Positions 27,974-39,511 of a stretch of DNA of 64,000 nt are shown one piece after another. Origin of the DNA: Candidatus Auribacterota bacterium (lineage in GTDB: Bacteria; Auribacterota; JAFGBW01); the NCBI GenBank assembly GCA_016932965.1, contig JAFGBW010000103.1, positions 2,615 through 66,614 on the forward strand, read 5' to 3'. The notes beneath the pieces were generated by a model that was given only the letters and a program-made list of their open reading frames with translations, was not told the origin of the DNA and did not search any database. The position numbers and the translations under genes are program-made. The stretch's first letter is position 1. Every line of letters starts with the position of its first letter.

Positions 27974-29107
27974 ATGAAGATACTCATAGATGCGCAATCG
28001 ATTGTTGAGAACAGAACAGGTGTCGGCCGCTATACTCTGAATCTTCTGCTTGCCATGGCGCAGCTTAAGAATCCGCATGAATATATCCCGGTATATTTCA
28101 ATTTCAGACGCCGTTTTAAGGAACAGTTTTTATGGGAAAAATATTCCAGCATCAGACCTTGTGAAATCAGGTGTGTCCCGGGCTTTGTCATGCACCGTCT
28201 TTGGAGGTATTTTTCCTTTTTGCCGCTGGATTATTTTTCAGGCAGAGCGGACGTCGTTTTGTTTCCTAATTATACGATTGAACCCCTATCCTCAGGGAAG
28301 ACGGTCATGACAGTACATGACCTGTGTTTCCTGCGTTTTCCTGACACACTGATGCCTAAAAATTTAAGGAGATTGAAACGAGCCTTTGAAAAAAGTCTCA
28401 GTTCTTCGGATGCGGTTCTGACGGTGTCCGAGTTTTCAAGGAGCGAATTTTTTCATTATTATCCCAGTTATCAAAAGCCGGTTGTGGTGACTCCCAACGG
28501 AATAGATGAATTTCTTGGTTTCATTCCGGATGAGGAGCAGCAGAAGAGGGTGAAACTCACTCATTCTCTTCCGGAAGATTTCCTTCTTTACGTGGGAGCC
28601 GTTGAACCCAGAAAAAATCTCATTCTTTTATTGAAGGCCTTTTCCATTTTGAGAAAAAAATATCCTGATCTCAAACTGGTGATGGCCGGAACCAAAGGAT
28701 GGCTGAGCGGGGAATTTCATGAGACAGTGCATCAACTGGATCTGAAAGAATGGATCCTGTTTCCTGGTTTTATATCCGACGAGGACCTGAAGCTGATCTA
28801 TTCGCTGGCTAAATTATTCGTCTTTCCCAGTATTTATGAAGGATTTGGACTGCCTCCCCTGGAAGCCATGGCCTGCGGAGCGCCGGTTCTGGCTTCCTCC
28901 ATCCCGGTACACCGGGAAATATTGGGGAACGCCGCCTGTTTCTGTTCTCCTGACGCATCCCCCCATGAATGGGCAGAGACGATCAGCCGTATCATCAGTT
29001 CGACTGAAACGGTTTCGGACATGGTGCAGAAAGGCAGAACAACAGCCGCCGCTTTCACCTGGAAGAAAACGGCAGAACTCACCTTGAATTTATTTGAAAA
29101 ATTATGA
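27974..29107 (+). CDS. glycosyltransferase family 4 (GT-B, GT1 superfamily)
   Basis: ORF 27869..29107; start at ATG 27974 (MKILIDAQ) is preferred; EGFGLPPLEAMACGAPVLAS retaining-GT motif. Confidence 0.75.
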   Translation: MKILIDAQSIVENRTGVGRYTLNLLLAMAQLKNPHEYIPVYFNFRRRFKEQFLWEKYSSIRPCEIRCVPGFVMHRLWRYFSFLPLDYFSGRADVVLFPNYTIEPLSSGKTVMTVHDLCFLRFPDTLMPKNLRRLKRAFEKSLSSSDAVLTVSEFSRSEFFHYYPSYQKPVVVTPNGIDEFLGFIPDEEQQKRVKLTHSLPEDFLLYVGAVEPRKNLILLLKAFSILRKKYPDLKLVMAGTKGWLSGEFHETVHQLDLKEWILFPGFISDEDLKLIYSLAKLFVFPSIYEGFGLPPLEAMACGAPVLASSIPVHREILGNAACFCSPDASPHEWAETISRIISSTETVSDMVQKGRTTAAAFTWKKTAELTLNLFEKL

Positions 29108-29124
29108 ATCTGGAAGAATCAATA

Positions 29125-29147
29125 AAATTAAGAATTAAGAATTGGGG
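29125..29147 (+). repeat. heptanucleotide tandem repeat (AATTAAG-AATTAAG-AATTGGG)
   Basis: Immediately after the GT4 gene stop. Confidence 0.5.
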
Positions 29148-29255
29148 AAGAAAAGGGATGCTTGGAAAACAGATGCCTTTCTATCTTTACTATCCATTGA
29201 CCCTGATACTCCGAATATACATATTTGTTGATTCTCAATGCTTTATTTACCTCAT

Positions 29256-29879
29256 TCAGTGCCGGACCAGGGCTTGAATTAGAAAGGAAAGCCATTCCAG
29301 ACTCTTGAAATAGAGCCAGTCAATGAAACGGGTTTGAAGCAGCAGAATAATCAGGATAAAACCCACGCCGGCAAGTCTGTTGTAGCGTTCTGCCACCTCG
29401 CGGGGTAGCAGCCCTGAAACAATCCTGGATCCGTCAAGGGGAGGAATCGGGAGAAGATTGAAAATGGCCAGCAGCCAGTTTAGATTGAAGATATGCATGA
29501 ACACGATTTCCCATTGGTCAGCCGGATGGAAAAAAACAAGGAACAGGACAGACAGAAAAGCCAATCCAAGGTTGGATAAGGGGCCGGCGGACGAGACGAC
29601 AGCCAGACCGATTTTTTGACGGCGGAAGCGATGGTGGTTGACCGGTACGGGTTTGGCATAACCGAAAACAGGAACATGACCCCCTGACAGATAAGAAACT
29701 GCAAGGAGCAATAACGGCAGGAGGATGGTTCCGAATGGATCAATGTGTTTAAGAGGATTCAAAGTGAGTCTTCCCTGTTCTTTGGCCGTGGGGTCTCCCA
29801 TCATCAAAGCGCTCCAGCCATGAGCAAATTCATGGACAGAAAGAGAAAACAGAACGATCAGGAATATAAGGATTATCAT
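29256..29879 (-). CDS. site-2 protease family zinc metalloprotease (peptidase M50)
   Basis: 207 aa polytopic; HEFAH zinc motif in TM1 and LNLLPIPPLDG motif typical of M50/S2P. Confidence 0.7.
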   Translation of the reverse strand: MIILIFLIVLFSLSVHEFAHGWSALMMGDPTAKEQGRLTLNPLKHIDPFGTILLPLLLLAVSYLSGGHVPVFGYAKPVPVNHHRFRRQKIGLAVVSSAGPLSNLGLAFLSVLFLVFFHPADQWEIVFMHIFNLNWLLAIFNLLPIPPLDGSRIVSGLLPREVAERYNRLAGVGFILIILLLQTRFIDWLYFKSLEWLSFLIQALVRH

Positions 29880-30015
29880 AACGGGAGATTCCGGTTCATT
29901 GTCTTAATGGACGTTTGTCTGATGTAGATATAATTCATTTCTTTTTTTCTGGCTACGAGTTCTTTTATTTTGTAAGTTTTTTTCTTAAAAATACAACATT
30001 TTAGGGAAAAATCTT

Positions 30016-31260
30016 ATGAAAAACCTGTTTATTTATCTAAAGAATATTTTATTGATATCAGTGGTTTTATGTCTTTCCTTGTATGCGGAGGAGCCAGGAG
30101 ACGAAACCATGGGACCCGAACCTGTTCGGTATAAAAATTCATTTGAAATCAATCCCACCAGTGAGAGTTGTTATCTGGGATACGAAAGACTGATGACCCT
30201 GGGCGATCATGCCATATTGATTTTTGATATAAAAAACACATGCAAACAGGGGGATGATTTCGGTTTGTCAGGGTTCACCTGGCGTTTGAGTATGAATGAC
30301 AAGTCTCTTTTTTCAGCCAGAGTGCAGACATCCTGGATGGATGGGCTTCATAATATCGGTTTAAGACTGGGTTATGACAACCGATTTTTCGGCTGTGTTC
30401 TGACAGGAGTGAAAAGCTTGAGTGATCCTGAGACGATTCACGCAGAGGAATCCATTCTGGATGAGGCATCTACTTATGACGATACTTTTGTCGAAACACG
30501 GGGACAAAATGATGTGTATGACCGTGCGATAACCACGACCAGAGATGTTCTCATTTCCGAGACGCGTCTTGCCACTCCTGACGGTCTGTTACTGGACATG
30601 AATGTCAATTGTTTTAATCGGTTCAATTTTAATTTTGGCGGTTCTTACTGGGAGGCAGAAGACTGGGATGAAACCGGATTCCACGGCAGTTGTTCCTGGC
30701 AACTTACAGGCGCGGATGTGCTTGGCGGTCATTATGCAAAGGTGGGTGATAACGAGGAGGGCGGGATTTTTTATAAAAAGCGGTTTAATTCGCTCAAAGA
30801 TATCTTTAAAAAGGGTCCCAAATTCACTCCCGGAGAAGATATCCCTCTTTTGCACCGGTTTTCATCCATCCCCTTTTCTTTGCCGCCTATTAGGATTTTA
30901 GCTGCCCAGACTTACAGGAAAGAAATAAGAGAAACCCGGACCGAAGTCAATCATGAAGAAGTTTTGATCCGGAGAGAGGAGCCGACTAACAATCCTCCTG
31001 TGATCACGGCGTTCACCTGTGCCCCTGAAACAGCCGGGCAGTTTCGTGTCACTGCAGCCTCTGCCACAGATTCCGATGGGACCATTGTTTCGTGGATAAT
31101 AACCAGCGATATTGACGGAGACTTAGACGACGGGATTTGGCCCATCACCATTCCCTCTATCATCTCGACTCCTACCACTGATATTCATACGATCACCCTA
31201 ACTGTCACGGATGACAAGGGCGCCACCGCCACTGCATCAACGACAGTGAGCACCATGTAA
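30016..31260 (+). CDS. secreted hypothetical protein with C-terminal PKD/Ig-like domain
   Basis: 414 aa; signal peptide; C-terminal PPVITAFTCAPE...VTAASATDSDGTIVSW...TLTVTDDKGATATAS resembles a PKD repeat. Confidence 0.4.
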   Translation: MKNLFIYLKNILLISVVLCLSLYAEEPGDETMGPEPVRYKNSFEINPTSESCYLGYERLMTLGDHAILIFDIKNTCKQGDDFGLSGFTWRLSMNDKSLFSARVQTSWMDGLHNIGLRLGYDNRFFGCVLTGVKSLSDPETIHAEESILDEASTYDDTFVETRGQNDVYDRAITTTRDVLISETRLATPDGLLLDMNVNCFNRFNFNFGGSYWEAEDWDETGFHGSCSWQLTGADVLGGHYAKVGDNEEGGIFYKKRFNSLKDIFKKGPKFTPGEDIPLLHRFSSIPFSLPPIRILAAQTYRKEIRETRTEVNHEEVLIRREEPTNNPPVITAFTCAPETAGQFRVTAASATDSDGTIVSWIITSDIDGDLDDGIWPITIPSIISTPTTDIHTITLTVTDDKGATATASTTVSTM

Positions 31261-31331
31261 AATTGAGTGTAGATGGTTATATAATTAAAAAGTCGAGACT
31301 CTACCGACATTAATGAACCTGATGGGATTTC

Positions 31332-32465
31332 ATGATGAATCCTTTTTTTCCGATCCTGCGGGCATCCCTGATCACATTTGTCTTGTTGTTATTTGTTTTT
31401 TTCTTCCAGGGATGCGGCAAGAAAATAGACTATGGATCTGAAATCAATGCCATTTTATCTGAATTGAACCGTTCTCCCCAGTCCGAAGAGTGGACCAAAA
31501 AAGCCGTCAATAAATTCATTGAATACAAATATCATGAGGAGGCCCGGGACCAGATTCGTCGTTTGCGTTCCCTGGCTTATGCGAATTTTGAGAATTATGT
31601 ATATATTGGTGAATCCTATGAAAAAATACACGATTTCACCTCTGCAAAGAGCCATTATGAGAGTTATATCTCATCCAAGGAATTTGCTCCTGTGCGGAAT
31701 TTTTTTATCGCTCAGCTTCACTACCGATCCGGTGAGCTTGATCAGGCCTTGACATTCATCCAATACTCATTGAATGAAAGTAAAGATTCTTTTTTTCTAA
31801 AGATCGAAGCCCTCAATCTGGAAGCCCGGATACACCAACTGCGGAGAGAGGATGAAGCGTGTATTGAGACCTGTAATGCGATTTTAACTCTGGATGATAA
31901 AAATGATGAGGCGCTCATACGGCTTGGAAACATGGCTTACCGGAAATCCGATTTCTCTTCAGCCATGATTCATTATAACCGGATTCTTGAAAAAGACCCC
32001 CTGCATTACGAGGCCAATTATAAAATGGGCCTGATCCATTATTTTAAAAACGATATTCCCCAGGCTCAGGTTTATCTTGGCAAAGCGGCTTCACAGGATT
32101 CGTCGCTCATGAATTTGATGAAGCTGCTGGAGGTAAAAAAATTTTATGATACCCATGATGCAGTGAATACAGCGCTGGTCAAAGTGAGTGAAACCTATTG
32201 GTGGCAAAATGAAAATGCTTTGTCCTGTTTCACGGTTGCTGAATCCATGGGGCTTCAAAAGGCGACCGATGTCAGGATTTACATCCAGACTTATGCTGAA
32301 GACGGAAAGATGACAGACCAGATCGTTGAGAAATCATCCCCGGCTAACCTTTTTCCCGGCCAAACCTATCATTTCAGAAGGGAACTGCCGATTTCCCAGC
32401 CTGTTAAGGATGTCAGTGTCACCGTTTCCTGGAATAGAGGGAATGCTTCTTTATCTTATGAATAA
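31332..32465 (+). CDS. TPR-repeat lipoprotein
   Basis: 377 aa; signal peptide with lipobox-like FFQGC; multiple TPR-like helical repeats. Confidence 0.5.
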   Translation: MMNPFFPILRASLITFVLLLFVFFFQGCGKKIDYGSEINAILSELNRSPQSEEWTKKAVNKFIEYKYHEEARDQIRRLRSLAYANFENYVYIGESYEKIHDFTSAKSHYESYISSKEFAPVRNFFIAQLHYRSGELDQALTFIQYSLNESKDSFFLKIEALNLEARIHQLRREDEACIETCNAILTLDDKNDEALIRLGNMAYRKSDFSSAMIHYNRILEKDPLHYEANYKMGLIHYFKNDIPQAQVYLGKAASQDSSLMNLMKLLEVKKFYDTHDAVNTALVKVSETYWWQNENALSCFTVAESMGLQKATDVRIYIQTYAEDGKMTDQIVEKSSPANLFPGQTYHFRRELPISQPVKDVSVTVSWNRGNASLSYE

Positions 32466-32834
32466 GGTGTATCACTCCTGTCCGGTCTTCATTCATAACT
32501 CGATTCTTGCTTCTTACTCAGCAGTTGTGATTTTTTAACGCGTCATGTTTAACTCATGATTCAATCCTGGAAGCAGTAATTGTATAAACGCATATTTGAC
32601 ATTAACTTAATCATGGGGGTAAATAATTCGTATGTGAAATGATTCATGAATGCAGATGAAATATTAAAGATGAAATAATTCCACAAATTTTTTTTACTCC
32701 CTGTTGTAGTTCTTATTTTATCCGTTAAGATAGTAGGCGGTTCAGAAACTTTTGTCCCTTCTCTTAGCGGCCTGCTTTTCCTTGCCCCGCATTCTGCAGT
32801 CGAGGATTTAAGTTATGATTTCCTGTTTAAGCAT

Positions 32835-33575
32835 GTGACCAGGAAATTATTTATCCCGGGAGATAAGAATCCGGTGAAAAACAGTTTTTTTTGCCATTTG
32901 CTTCATGTTTTTTATGACTTAGTTGCATCAAGATTCAGAGATCCGGTTGTTTATTATTTTGGAATAGGCGGGGGAAAGGCTGTGTCTGCTGAAGGATATC
33001 AGCCTATTGATATTTTATCGCCGCTCATCGCCTCGGATTTCAGTTTGCTGATAGGCAGTGATATTTCCAAAGGGAATTTCCGGGCATTCGTATCCCTGGT
33101 TAAAAGAGAATTAGGACAGCTCCCTGGGATCGAGATGGGAGATGTCTCCTTCAGTGAGCTTACGAAGGATGCAGAGTTTCAAGTTGATTTCATGTTCATG
33201 GGAAAATCAAGAACCATCAGGATATATTATAACGTGGATTCGACAAAAGAGGGGCCTTCAGCTCTTAACAAATCATTGAGGAAGGGTTTTCAGGTATTAT
33301 TTTCAAGAGGGATTCCAGGCATCATTCCGGACATGGTCAGGGGAAAGACCATGGAGAAACTGCTGGGAAATCTTTCTGATGGTGGTTTGTTGTTTCTTGA
33401 GATGCCGGAAAATTTCACTCTGCCCGGCCCTGGTTTGAGACAAGAGGAACATACGGTTGTTTCTGATTTTTCTATATTCAAACGGATTCGTTTATATTCG
33501 CTGGAACAGCCATCCAGGATGTGGCCGTTGTTAATACTAGGAAAGATTTTTTCAACTTTTCGGAGAGCAGCTTAG
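32835..33575 (+). CDS. hypothetical protein
   Basis: 246 aa; no recognisable motifs; start uncertain. Confidence 0.3.
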   Translation: MTRKLFIPGDKNPVKNSFFCHLLHVFYDLVASRFRDPVVYYFGIGGGKAVSAEGYQPIDILSPLIASDFSLLIGSDISKGNFRAFVSLVKRELGQLPGIEMGDVSFSELTKDAEFQVDFMFMGKSRTIRIYYNVDSTKEGPSALNKSLRKGFQVLFSRGIPGIIPDMVRGKTMEKLLGNLSDGGLLFLEMPENFTLPGPGLRQEEHTVVSDFSIFKRIRLYSLEQPSRMWPLLILGKIFSTFRRAA

Positions 33576-33724
33576 TCTATCCGGAGTTGAGAATCTTATG
33601 GATACTTTTTAATCTCTTGATTTTCTTGAAACAGGAAAATCAAGGGATTACGTTGTTTTTTTGAAAGGAAGCGAAAAGTATTCCTCCGCATTTTCTCTTC
33701 TGTCCTTCGGACGGATGGTCTCCT

Positions 33725-36625
33725 TTATTTTTCACTGAAATTTTTTTCAATGAAATCATCCAGAAACACGAGCCGGTTGCGGATCCATTCCTTGGTTTGA
33801 CTCATGACTTCGTCGTGAAGAGGGCCTTCTTTGACCGGCCATGTTCTGAAATTGCGGATGCAGGCCTGTCTCATCTGTGCATCCAGATGGTCGATGTTTT
33901 TTAGAAGCGTTTCTTCGGACAACTGGTTTGATCTGAGTTCCTTCCATCTTGTTTTGAACAGGGAATTGTAACCCGGATAATCCGCGCTCATGCGCCGGAA
34001 CAGGTGGTTGTTCAGCCAGCCGGTGTGTTCCAGTCCCAGACTTTTATCATAATCCCAGGGGACAATGAAGAAGGGGGCATCCGGGTGTTTGTTTCTGGCC
34101 AGGAAGAGGTTATGGCGGTTTCCGTCCTTGTTGTAAGTGACATTAAGAAAAATTTCAAAATCAATGACATTGCCGATATCGATATTCATTGAAACATTCC
34201 TGATGAATTCCTCCCTGGGAGATGATCCCAGAAAACGGATGAGTGATTCATAGGGCTCCCAGTATTCAAGAACCTCAGGAGGAGGCTCTGTCTGCAGGTA
34301 AGCCCCGCGTGCGGATACCTGGAAATTAGCCTGGGTGTCTTCAGCCTTGTAAATCACGCTGTGGGCCGGATCTTTTTCCGAATAAGGGGCAAAACCCAGT
34401 GTGGCGGCGTTGATTTTTTCTGATAAGGAATAAACCCCCTGATATTCGTGGTTGAGAATCACTTCGACCAGACGGATTTTAGGGGTGATTCTCGGGGCTG
34501 CTTCCTTTGAAAAATTTCTGAACAGGTCATAGTTGATCACATTTTTCATGAGTGTCCGGTCAGGATAGTTCCCCATCAGGGCGAAACGGCTGTTGCAGTT
34601 GAAATCAAAAAAACTCCGGCTGTTTTTCAGACTCAGGGCATATGATTTTTTCGGATAGAGCAGGCAGGTATTGCCCCTGTATTTGATTTGGCCTTCCATC
34701 CAGCCGCTGTTTTTATCCGGCTCGTATAGTTTCACCAGGCAGGGGGTTTTATTTTCCTTTCGGACCGGGTTCGGAATTTGAAGCTGTAAAACACAAATGG
34801 GATTACAAAGGGGCATGACCGTAATCAAATATTTTCTTTCCACACTCCGGAAAGTGTCTGAAATGACCGCTGTCAGCGTCACGAATGCGGGCTCCTCTCC
34901 TTTTGGCCGTGTGATCTTACCGTCTTTTGTGAGGACTGTTTCATCCGAACTTTTCCATGAAAGGGAAGCTCCGGAGCATCCGGGCAGTTTTAAATCCCCC
35001 GTCACGCAATCCAGTGAAGGATTTTCATTCAGGATGAGTATATCACCGAGACATCTTCTTATTTTATTGAGCTTTTGAAGGCGGGGAGAGTCCCGCATTC
35101 TTTCCATTTCTTTTCTGAGCAATTCCTCCTCTTTTTTGAAGAAATATTTTATGGCCCGGACATTCAACTGCAGACTCCGGTCATTTTTAAACAGGGGGAT
35201 CCATTTTTTGACCAATTCCCGGTATTGTGACAGCACTTCCTCTTCTGAGAAAGGAAACCATTTCAATACATTTAAAATGGAACTGTGATCCGAATAACTG
35301 CGGTATCCGTTCAATTTGAATTCTTCAAAGTAATACAAGCCCTGGTTGATGCCATTGATCCTGACAAGGCAAATGCCGTTTGGAGTATAGGGCAGGTGAT
35401 GGCTCCGGCATAATTCTTTCAAAAGTAACGGACGGAGATAGCCTTTGATATGAAGCGGAAGCAGAACCATTTTTTTCATCCCCATGAAGGATTTGTTTTC
35501 TAGATCCAGATAATAGGCTTTCTTGGGCATGGGCCAATATTCGGAAGAAGGACCATACAGCCCCATTCTTACCTTGAAAAACCGGTTTGGGCCGGCAGTC
35601 ATGTCCACCCGTCTTTTTTTATAGGCCTTTTTCAAGGCACAGCCGTGTTGAAGACAGAGATTCTGGTTTTGGTTGAAAAAACGGAGATCTTTTTTAGACA
35701 GGGCGAAATCAAGTATGCAGATATCCTCCTGTTGATAGAGATGACTTTCATGATAAAACAGATTGAAATAATCCTCGAAGTCGAGAAGCGACCGGATCGT
35801 TTTGTTCAGGTTTTCCCAGAATTTGATTTTTAGATAAAATTTGGAAGAAACCTGGTAGGGCAGAGCGGTTTTCCCGCGGTATATTTCCCTCACTTCCCTT
35901 CTGGAGAGAGAACGGTTATAGAGGATCACTTCATCGAGAATGCCGTTTAATGGGTAGAGCACATGATATTCCCGGTATTTCCCGAATTCAATATTTGCAC
36001 ATATTGGGTGGACGGCGGATATCGGAACAGAACCTTTTAGTTCGCCGTTTTCATAAAGACTGGCCTTTTGACCGGCCAGATCCACTACGCCGGTGAGATT
36101 CACAAATTCGTCATACTTGTTAAAAATGTAACCTGCCTTCTGGATTTCCTTGTCGTTCGGAACGAAGAATTTCATTTCTCCGTTTTCTAAAACCAGTCCC
36201 GAATAGAGCCGGCCTGAATTTCTGGCCACAATCGTCTGGTTTTTTGAATGGCGGCTCAATTTAACCCGGCAGGAAATCGTGTATTGGAATCCCAGCTCGC
36301 TCCACGGGAGGCCCGTTTCAATATGATTGTTTTTCCTTCCGTTGAATAATCGGCCCTGCCCAAACCGGGCCTGGCTTAAAACCGTTTGATAATTCACGGT
36401 GTCCCATCTGTCGAAGTATTCTTTAGGGTCGATCTCATCCATGGACCAGTAAGCCAGAACCCCTTTTTTTGTCATGCGTCTTGCTAATTTTTTTTTTGCA
36501 GTACAAACAGCTCTGTCAGGCAGTTCAAAGACAATGTGATCAGAGAAATAGGACAGAAAAAAAAGGATTGCTATGAAGCTGAATAAAATCCGCTGTTTTC
36601 TTTTCATGAATCGGTCTGATTGCAC
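33725..36625 (-). CDS. secreted LamG (concanavalin-like) + CotH-like atypical-kinase domain protein
   Basis: 966 aa; signal peptide; LamG_3-type motif GILDEVILYNRSLSRREVREIY; C-terminal region with CotH-family signature (FFIVPWDYDKSLG). Confidence 0.45.
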   Translation of the reverse strand: MQSDRFMKRKQRILFSFIAILFFLSYFSDHIVFELPDRAVCTAKKKLARRMTKKGVLAYWSMDEIDPKEYFDRWDTVNYQTVLSQARFGQGRLFNGRKNNHIETGLPWSELGFQYTISCRVKLSRHSKNQTIVARNSGRLYSGLVLENGEMKFFVPNDKEIQKAGYIFNKYDEFVNLTGVVDLAGQKASLYENGELKGSVPISAVHPICANIEFGKYREYHVLYPLNGILDEVILYNRSLSRREVREIYRGKTALPYQVSSKFYLKIKFWENLNKTIRSLLDFEDYFNLFYHESHLYQQEDICILDFALSKKDLRFFNQNQNLCLQHGCALKKAYKKRRVDMTAGPNRFFKVRMGLYGPSSEYWPMPKKAYYLDLENKSFMGMKKMVLLPLHIKGYLRPLLLKELCRSHHLPYTPNGICLVRINGINQGLYYFEEFKLNGYRSYSDHSSILNVLKWFPFSEEEVLSQYRELVKKWIPLFKNDRSLQLNVRAIKYFFKKEEELLRKEMERMRDSPRLQKLNKIRRCLGDILILNENPSLDCVTGDLKLPGCSGASLSWKSSDETVLTKDGKITRPKGEEPAFVTLTAVISDTFRSVERKYLITVMPLCNPICVLQLQIPNPVRKENKTPCLVKLYEPDKNSGWMEGQIKYRGNTCLLYPKKSYALSLKNSRSFFDFNCNSRFALMGNYPDRTLMKNVINYDLFRNFSKEAAPRITPKIRLVEVILNHEYQGVYSLSEKINAATLGFAPYSEKDPAHSVIYKAEDTQANFQVSARGAYLQTEPPPEVLEYWEPYESLIRFLGSSPREEFIRNVSMNIDIGNVIDFEIFLNVTYNKDGNRHNLFLARNKHPDAPFFIVPWDYDKSLGLEHTGWLNNHLFRRMSADYPGYNSLFKTRWKELRSNQLSEETLLKNIDHLDAQMRQACIRNFRTWPVKEGPLHDEVMSQTKEWIRNRLVFLDDFIEKNFSEK

Positions 36626-36922
36626 TTTCTATCCGGATGATTCCTGGTTTGAGCATGATCCGACGCCGGGGCGGGATTGAATCCTACTATAATTGTAGCT
36701 GTGGAAGCGAAGGAAATATTTCTAAAAAAAATGGCCATCCAAGCTTGAAATACACGGAACGGCCTTCTCTTTCAGAAGACTTGTTTCTGGAAAACAAACA
36801 TTTTATAAAAAAAATGTAAAGTATTTTTCTTTTTCATTTTCCTGTTTATTTATGATAAGATGACATATAATTTCAATTCACCTGTTTACTATTAATCCAT
36901 TTTTATCGGGAACCGAAATCGA

Positions 36923-39511
36923 ATGAAACAAATGGTGTTATTCATTCTGCTTTTGTCTTTTCCTTGTTTAGCACAAGAAGAATTCAGGTTGAATCCCCAT
37001 TTGTCTGTTTATGAACTTAAAAACGGCCTGAAAGTCATCCTATCGCCGCGGAATCAGGGTGAATTGATTGCAGTAAGGCTTTTTGTCAAGGCAGGTTCCA
37101 TGACGGAGAATCCCTATTTAGGAAGCGGAATCTCGCATTTTGTGGAACACCTGTGTTTTAAAGGGAGCGAAAGGGGACGGACCACTTCGCTTACGCAGGA
37201 GGTCAGAAAAAAAGGCGGGACCGTCAATGCCCACACCTCTTTTTTGAATACGGTCTATGAAGTGACTTTTCCCTCAATTTATCTTGAAGACGCACTGAAG
37301 ATCGTTTCAGATCTCGTGCTCCACCTTCGTTTCAGCCAAGAGGACTTCGATAAGGAGAAATCGGTGATCGAAAGGGAGATGGACATGATCGAAGATGATC
37401 ATGACCGCTACTTGTCCGAAACATTCTGGCATCTGGCGTATTGCTATTCACCGGTCCGGTACCGGGTGATCGGTGAACGCTCCTTATTTAGAAAACTCAC
37501 TCCTGATCATGTCAGAGAATATTACGAAGCCCATTATGTGCCCGGTAATATGATTTTATCGGTTACTGGAAATTTTTTCCCAACTTCGGTGAAGCCTCTT
37601 ATCGAAAAATACTATCAATTCGAGTCCAGACAATTTTATCCCGCTGCAGGGGTCTGGAATGAGCCCCCTCCCTCTGCTGAAAAGTACCTGGAAGTCGAAC
37701 GCGAGCGTCTTCCTTTATACAAGGCCATCATTGGCTGGCAGACTACGGATATTCACAGCATTGACGTGGCAACATTGGATGTCCTTTCCATGATTCTGGG
37801 CGAAATGAAATCCTCGCTTCTTCCTTATTATCTGATTCCCACAGGAGAAATTTTAGGAATCTCCAGTTGGTCCTTTACGCCTGAATTTCCCGGTTTTCTA
37901 GGGATAGGTTTTTCCTGGCAGGACGGGTCTCCTGAGGATAAATCAGTCCTGGTTGAAAAAGTGATTGACAAGGTCAAAGCGGGAGATTTCAGCAATGCTT
38001 TGTTGAAAACCGCTCTCCAGCAGGTCCGGCTCGGCCTTTTTTTGAAAATGGAAAGCGTAGAGGGAGAGGCTGAAATATTAGGGAGTAATCTGCAGACCAC
38101 AGGCAATGTGCGTTACATTGAAACCTGGTTGAAAGATCTGGAACGTATCACGAAGGCCGATATTCAGGAAGCTGCGAAAAAATATCTTATTCCTGTCAGG
38201 AAAACCACCCTTGTTCTCACGCCGGCTTCCAAACGGCCTTCACCCCCTCCCAAGAAACTGGAAAAAATCATTCTTCGTCCGGTTTTATTGAAACTGCCTT
38301 CCGGTTTAAGAGTGATTTTATTGAATGACGACCGGCTTCCCTTGACTTACGTTCAATGGGTTGGTCTGGGCGGCACCATGGCGGAACCAGATCACAAAGA
38401 AGGAGTGGGAGCCTTGCTTGGTAATATACTCGGAACAGCCAGCCGTAAACTGGACCGCTTCAGCCTCGACAGGAAAATGGATTCTCTTGGCAGTGAAGTG
38501 AGAGGATTCTCAGGAAGAAACAGTTTTGGACTTTCCGGTACCGTTGTATCTGAAAACCTGCCTGCCATTCTGCCTGATTTTTTTAATCTTCTATTGACGC
38601 CGCGGTGGATAAAAAGTGACGTGGAAAGGGAAAAGAAGATTTTGAAAGTGGAAATGAATACCTCCATGGAGGACCCGTTTGACCGCGCCGCCATTGAAAT
38701 GCGCAAGGCGCTATACGGTAGTCACCCTTATGGGCGCATGATCAAGGGGACTGTAGAATCTATTTCACAAATGACGACGGAGGATATTGAATCTTTCTAC
38801 AGACAGATTTTTTGTCTTGAGAGAGGCGTGCTTTCTATCATGGGAAAATTCGATCTCCCCTGGGTCATGGACTGGCTCCATAAGATGGACAGAAAAAAAA
38901 CACCGCAAATACCCCCATGGAAAAGCACACTTTTGCCGGTTTTTCAGCCTTGTGAAAAACTGATCCCTCTTGAGAACGTGGAACAGACCATTCTCATGCT
39001 GGGTTATCCTACTGTTTCCATGCATCATGAGGACGCGCTGGCTCTGGATTTTCTTTCTGCGCATCTTTCGGAACAAAATTCTCCGCTTTTTAAAAGAATC
39101 AGGGAGGAAAAGGGGTGGGCTTATATTACCGGGGCTGAGAGTTCCTGTAACTTGGCAGGAGGCCATTTTATTGTTTATGCCGCCTTCAAGGAAGATGTGA
39201 TGGAAGAGATAGACGGGATCATCCAGGATATTTTTTTCAATCTGGCAAAAGAGGACATGCCCCTGGATATATTTGAAGAAACCAGATCATTTCTTCTTGG
39301 GCAGGATTTAAGAAGGATGGCTAATACCAGTGATCTTGGCCTGCGAAGCGCCCTTGAAGAGCTTTATGGCCTGGGTTATGATCATTATTCGAAAAGGGCG
39401 GAGAAGATTAAAACCTTGACTCCGATTCAGGTCCGTGAAACAGTCAAAAAATATTTCCATAACAAATCCCATGTCAAACTCGTTGTAGGAAAGCGCGCCG
39501 TGTGCAAATGA
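36923..39511 (+). CDS. secreted double-M16 zinc peptidase (pitrilysin/insulinase family)
   Basis: 862 aa; signal peptide; inverted zinc motif HFVEHLCF (HxxEH) in the first M16 half; second, degenerate M16 half in the C-terminal 430 aa. Confidence 0.75.
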   Translation: MKQMVLFILLLSFPCLAQEEFRLNPHLSVYELKNGLKVILSPRNQGELIAVRLFVKAGSMTENPYLGSGISHFVEHLCFKGSERGRTTSLTQEVRKKGGTVNAHTSFLNTVYEVTFPSIYLEDALKIVSDLVLHLRFSQEDFDKEKSVIEREMDMIEDDHDRYLSETFWHLAYCYSPVRYRVIGERSLFRKLTPDHVREYYEAHYVPGNMILSVTGNFFPTSVKPLIEKYYQFESRQFYPAAGVWNEPPPSAEKYLEVERERLPLYKAIIGWQTTDIHSIDVATLDVLSMILGEMKSSLLPYYLIPTGEILGISSWSFTPEFPGFLGIGFSWQDGSPEDKSVLVEKVIDKVKAGDFSNALLKTALQQVRLGLFLKMESVEGEAEILGSNLQTTGNVRYIETWLKDLERITKADIQEAAKKYLIPVRKTTLVLTPASKRPSPPPKKLEKIILRPVLLKLPSGLRVILLNDDRLPLTYVQWVGLGGTMAEPDHKEGVGALLGNILGTASRKLDRFSLDRKMDSLGSEVRGFSGRNSFGLSGTVVSENLPAILPDFFNLLLTPRWIKSDVEREKKILKVEMNTSMEDPFDRAAIEMRKALYGSHPYGRMIKGTVESISQMTTEDIESFYRQIFCLERGVLSIMGKFDLPWVMDWLHKMDRKKTPQIPPWKSTLLPVFQPCEKLIPLENVEQTILMLGYPTVSMHHEDALALDFLSAHLSEQNSPLFKRIREEKGWAYITGAESSCNLAGGHFIVYAAFKEDVMEEIDGIIQDIFFNLAKEDMPLDIFEETRSFLLGQDLRRMANTSDLGLRSALEELYGLGYDHYSKRAEKIKTLTPIQVRETVKKYFHNKSHVKLVVGKRAVCK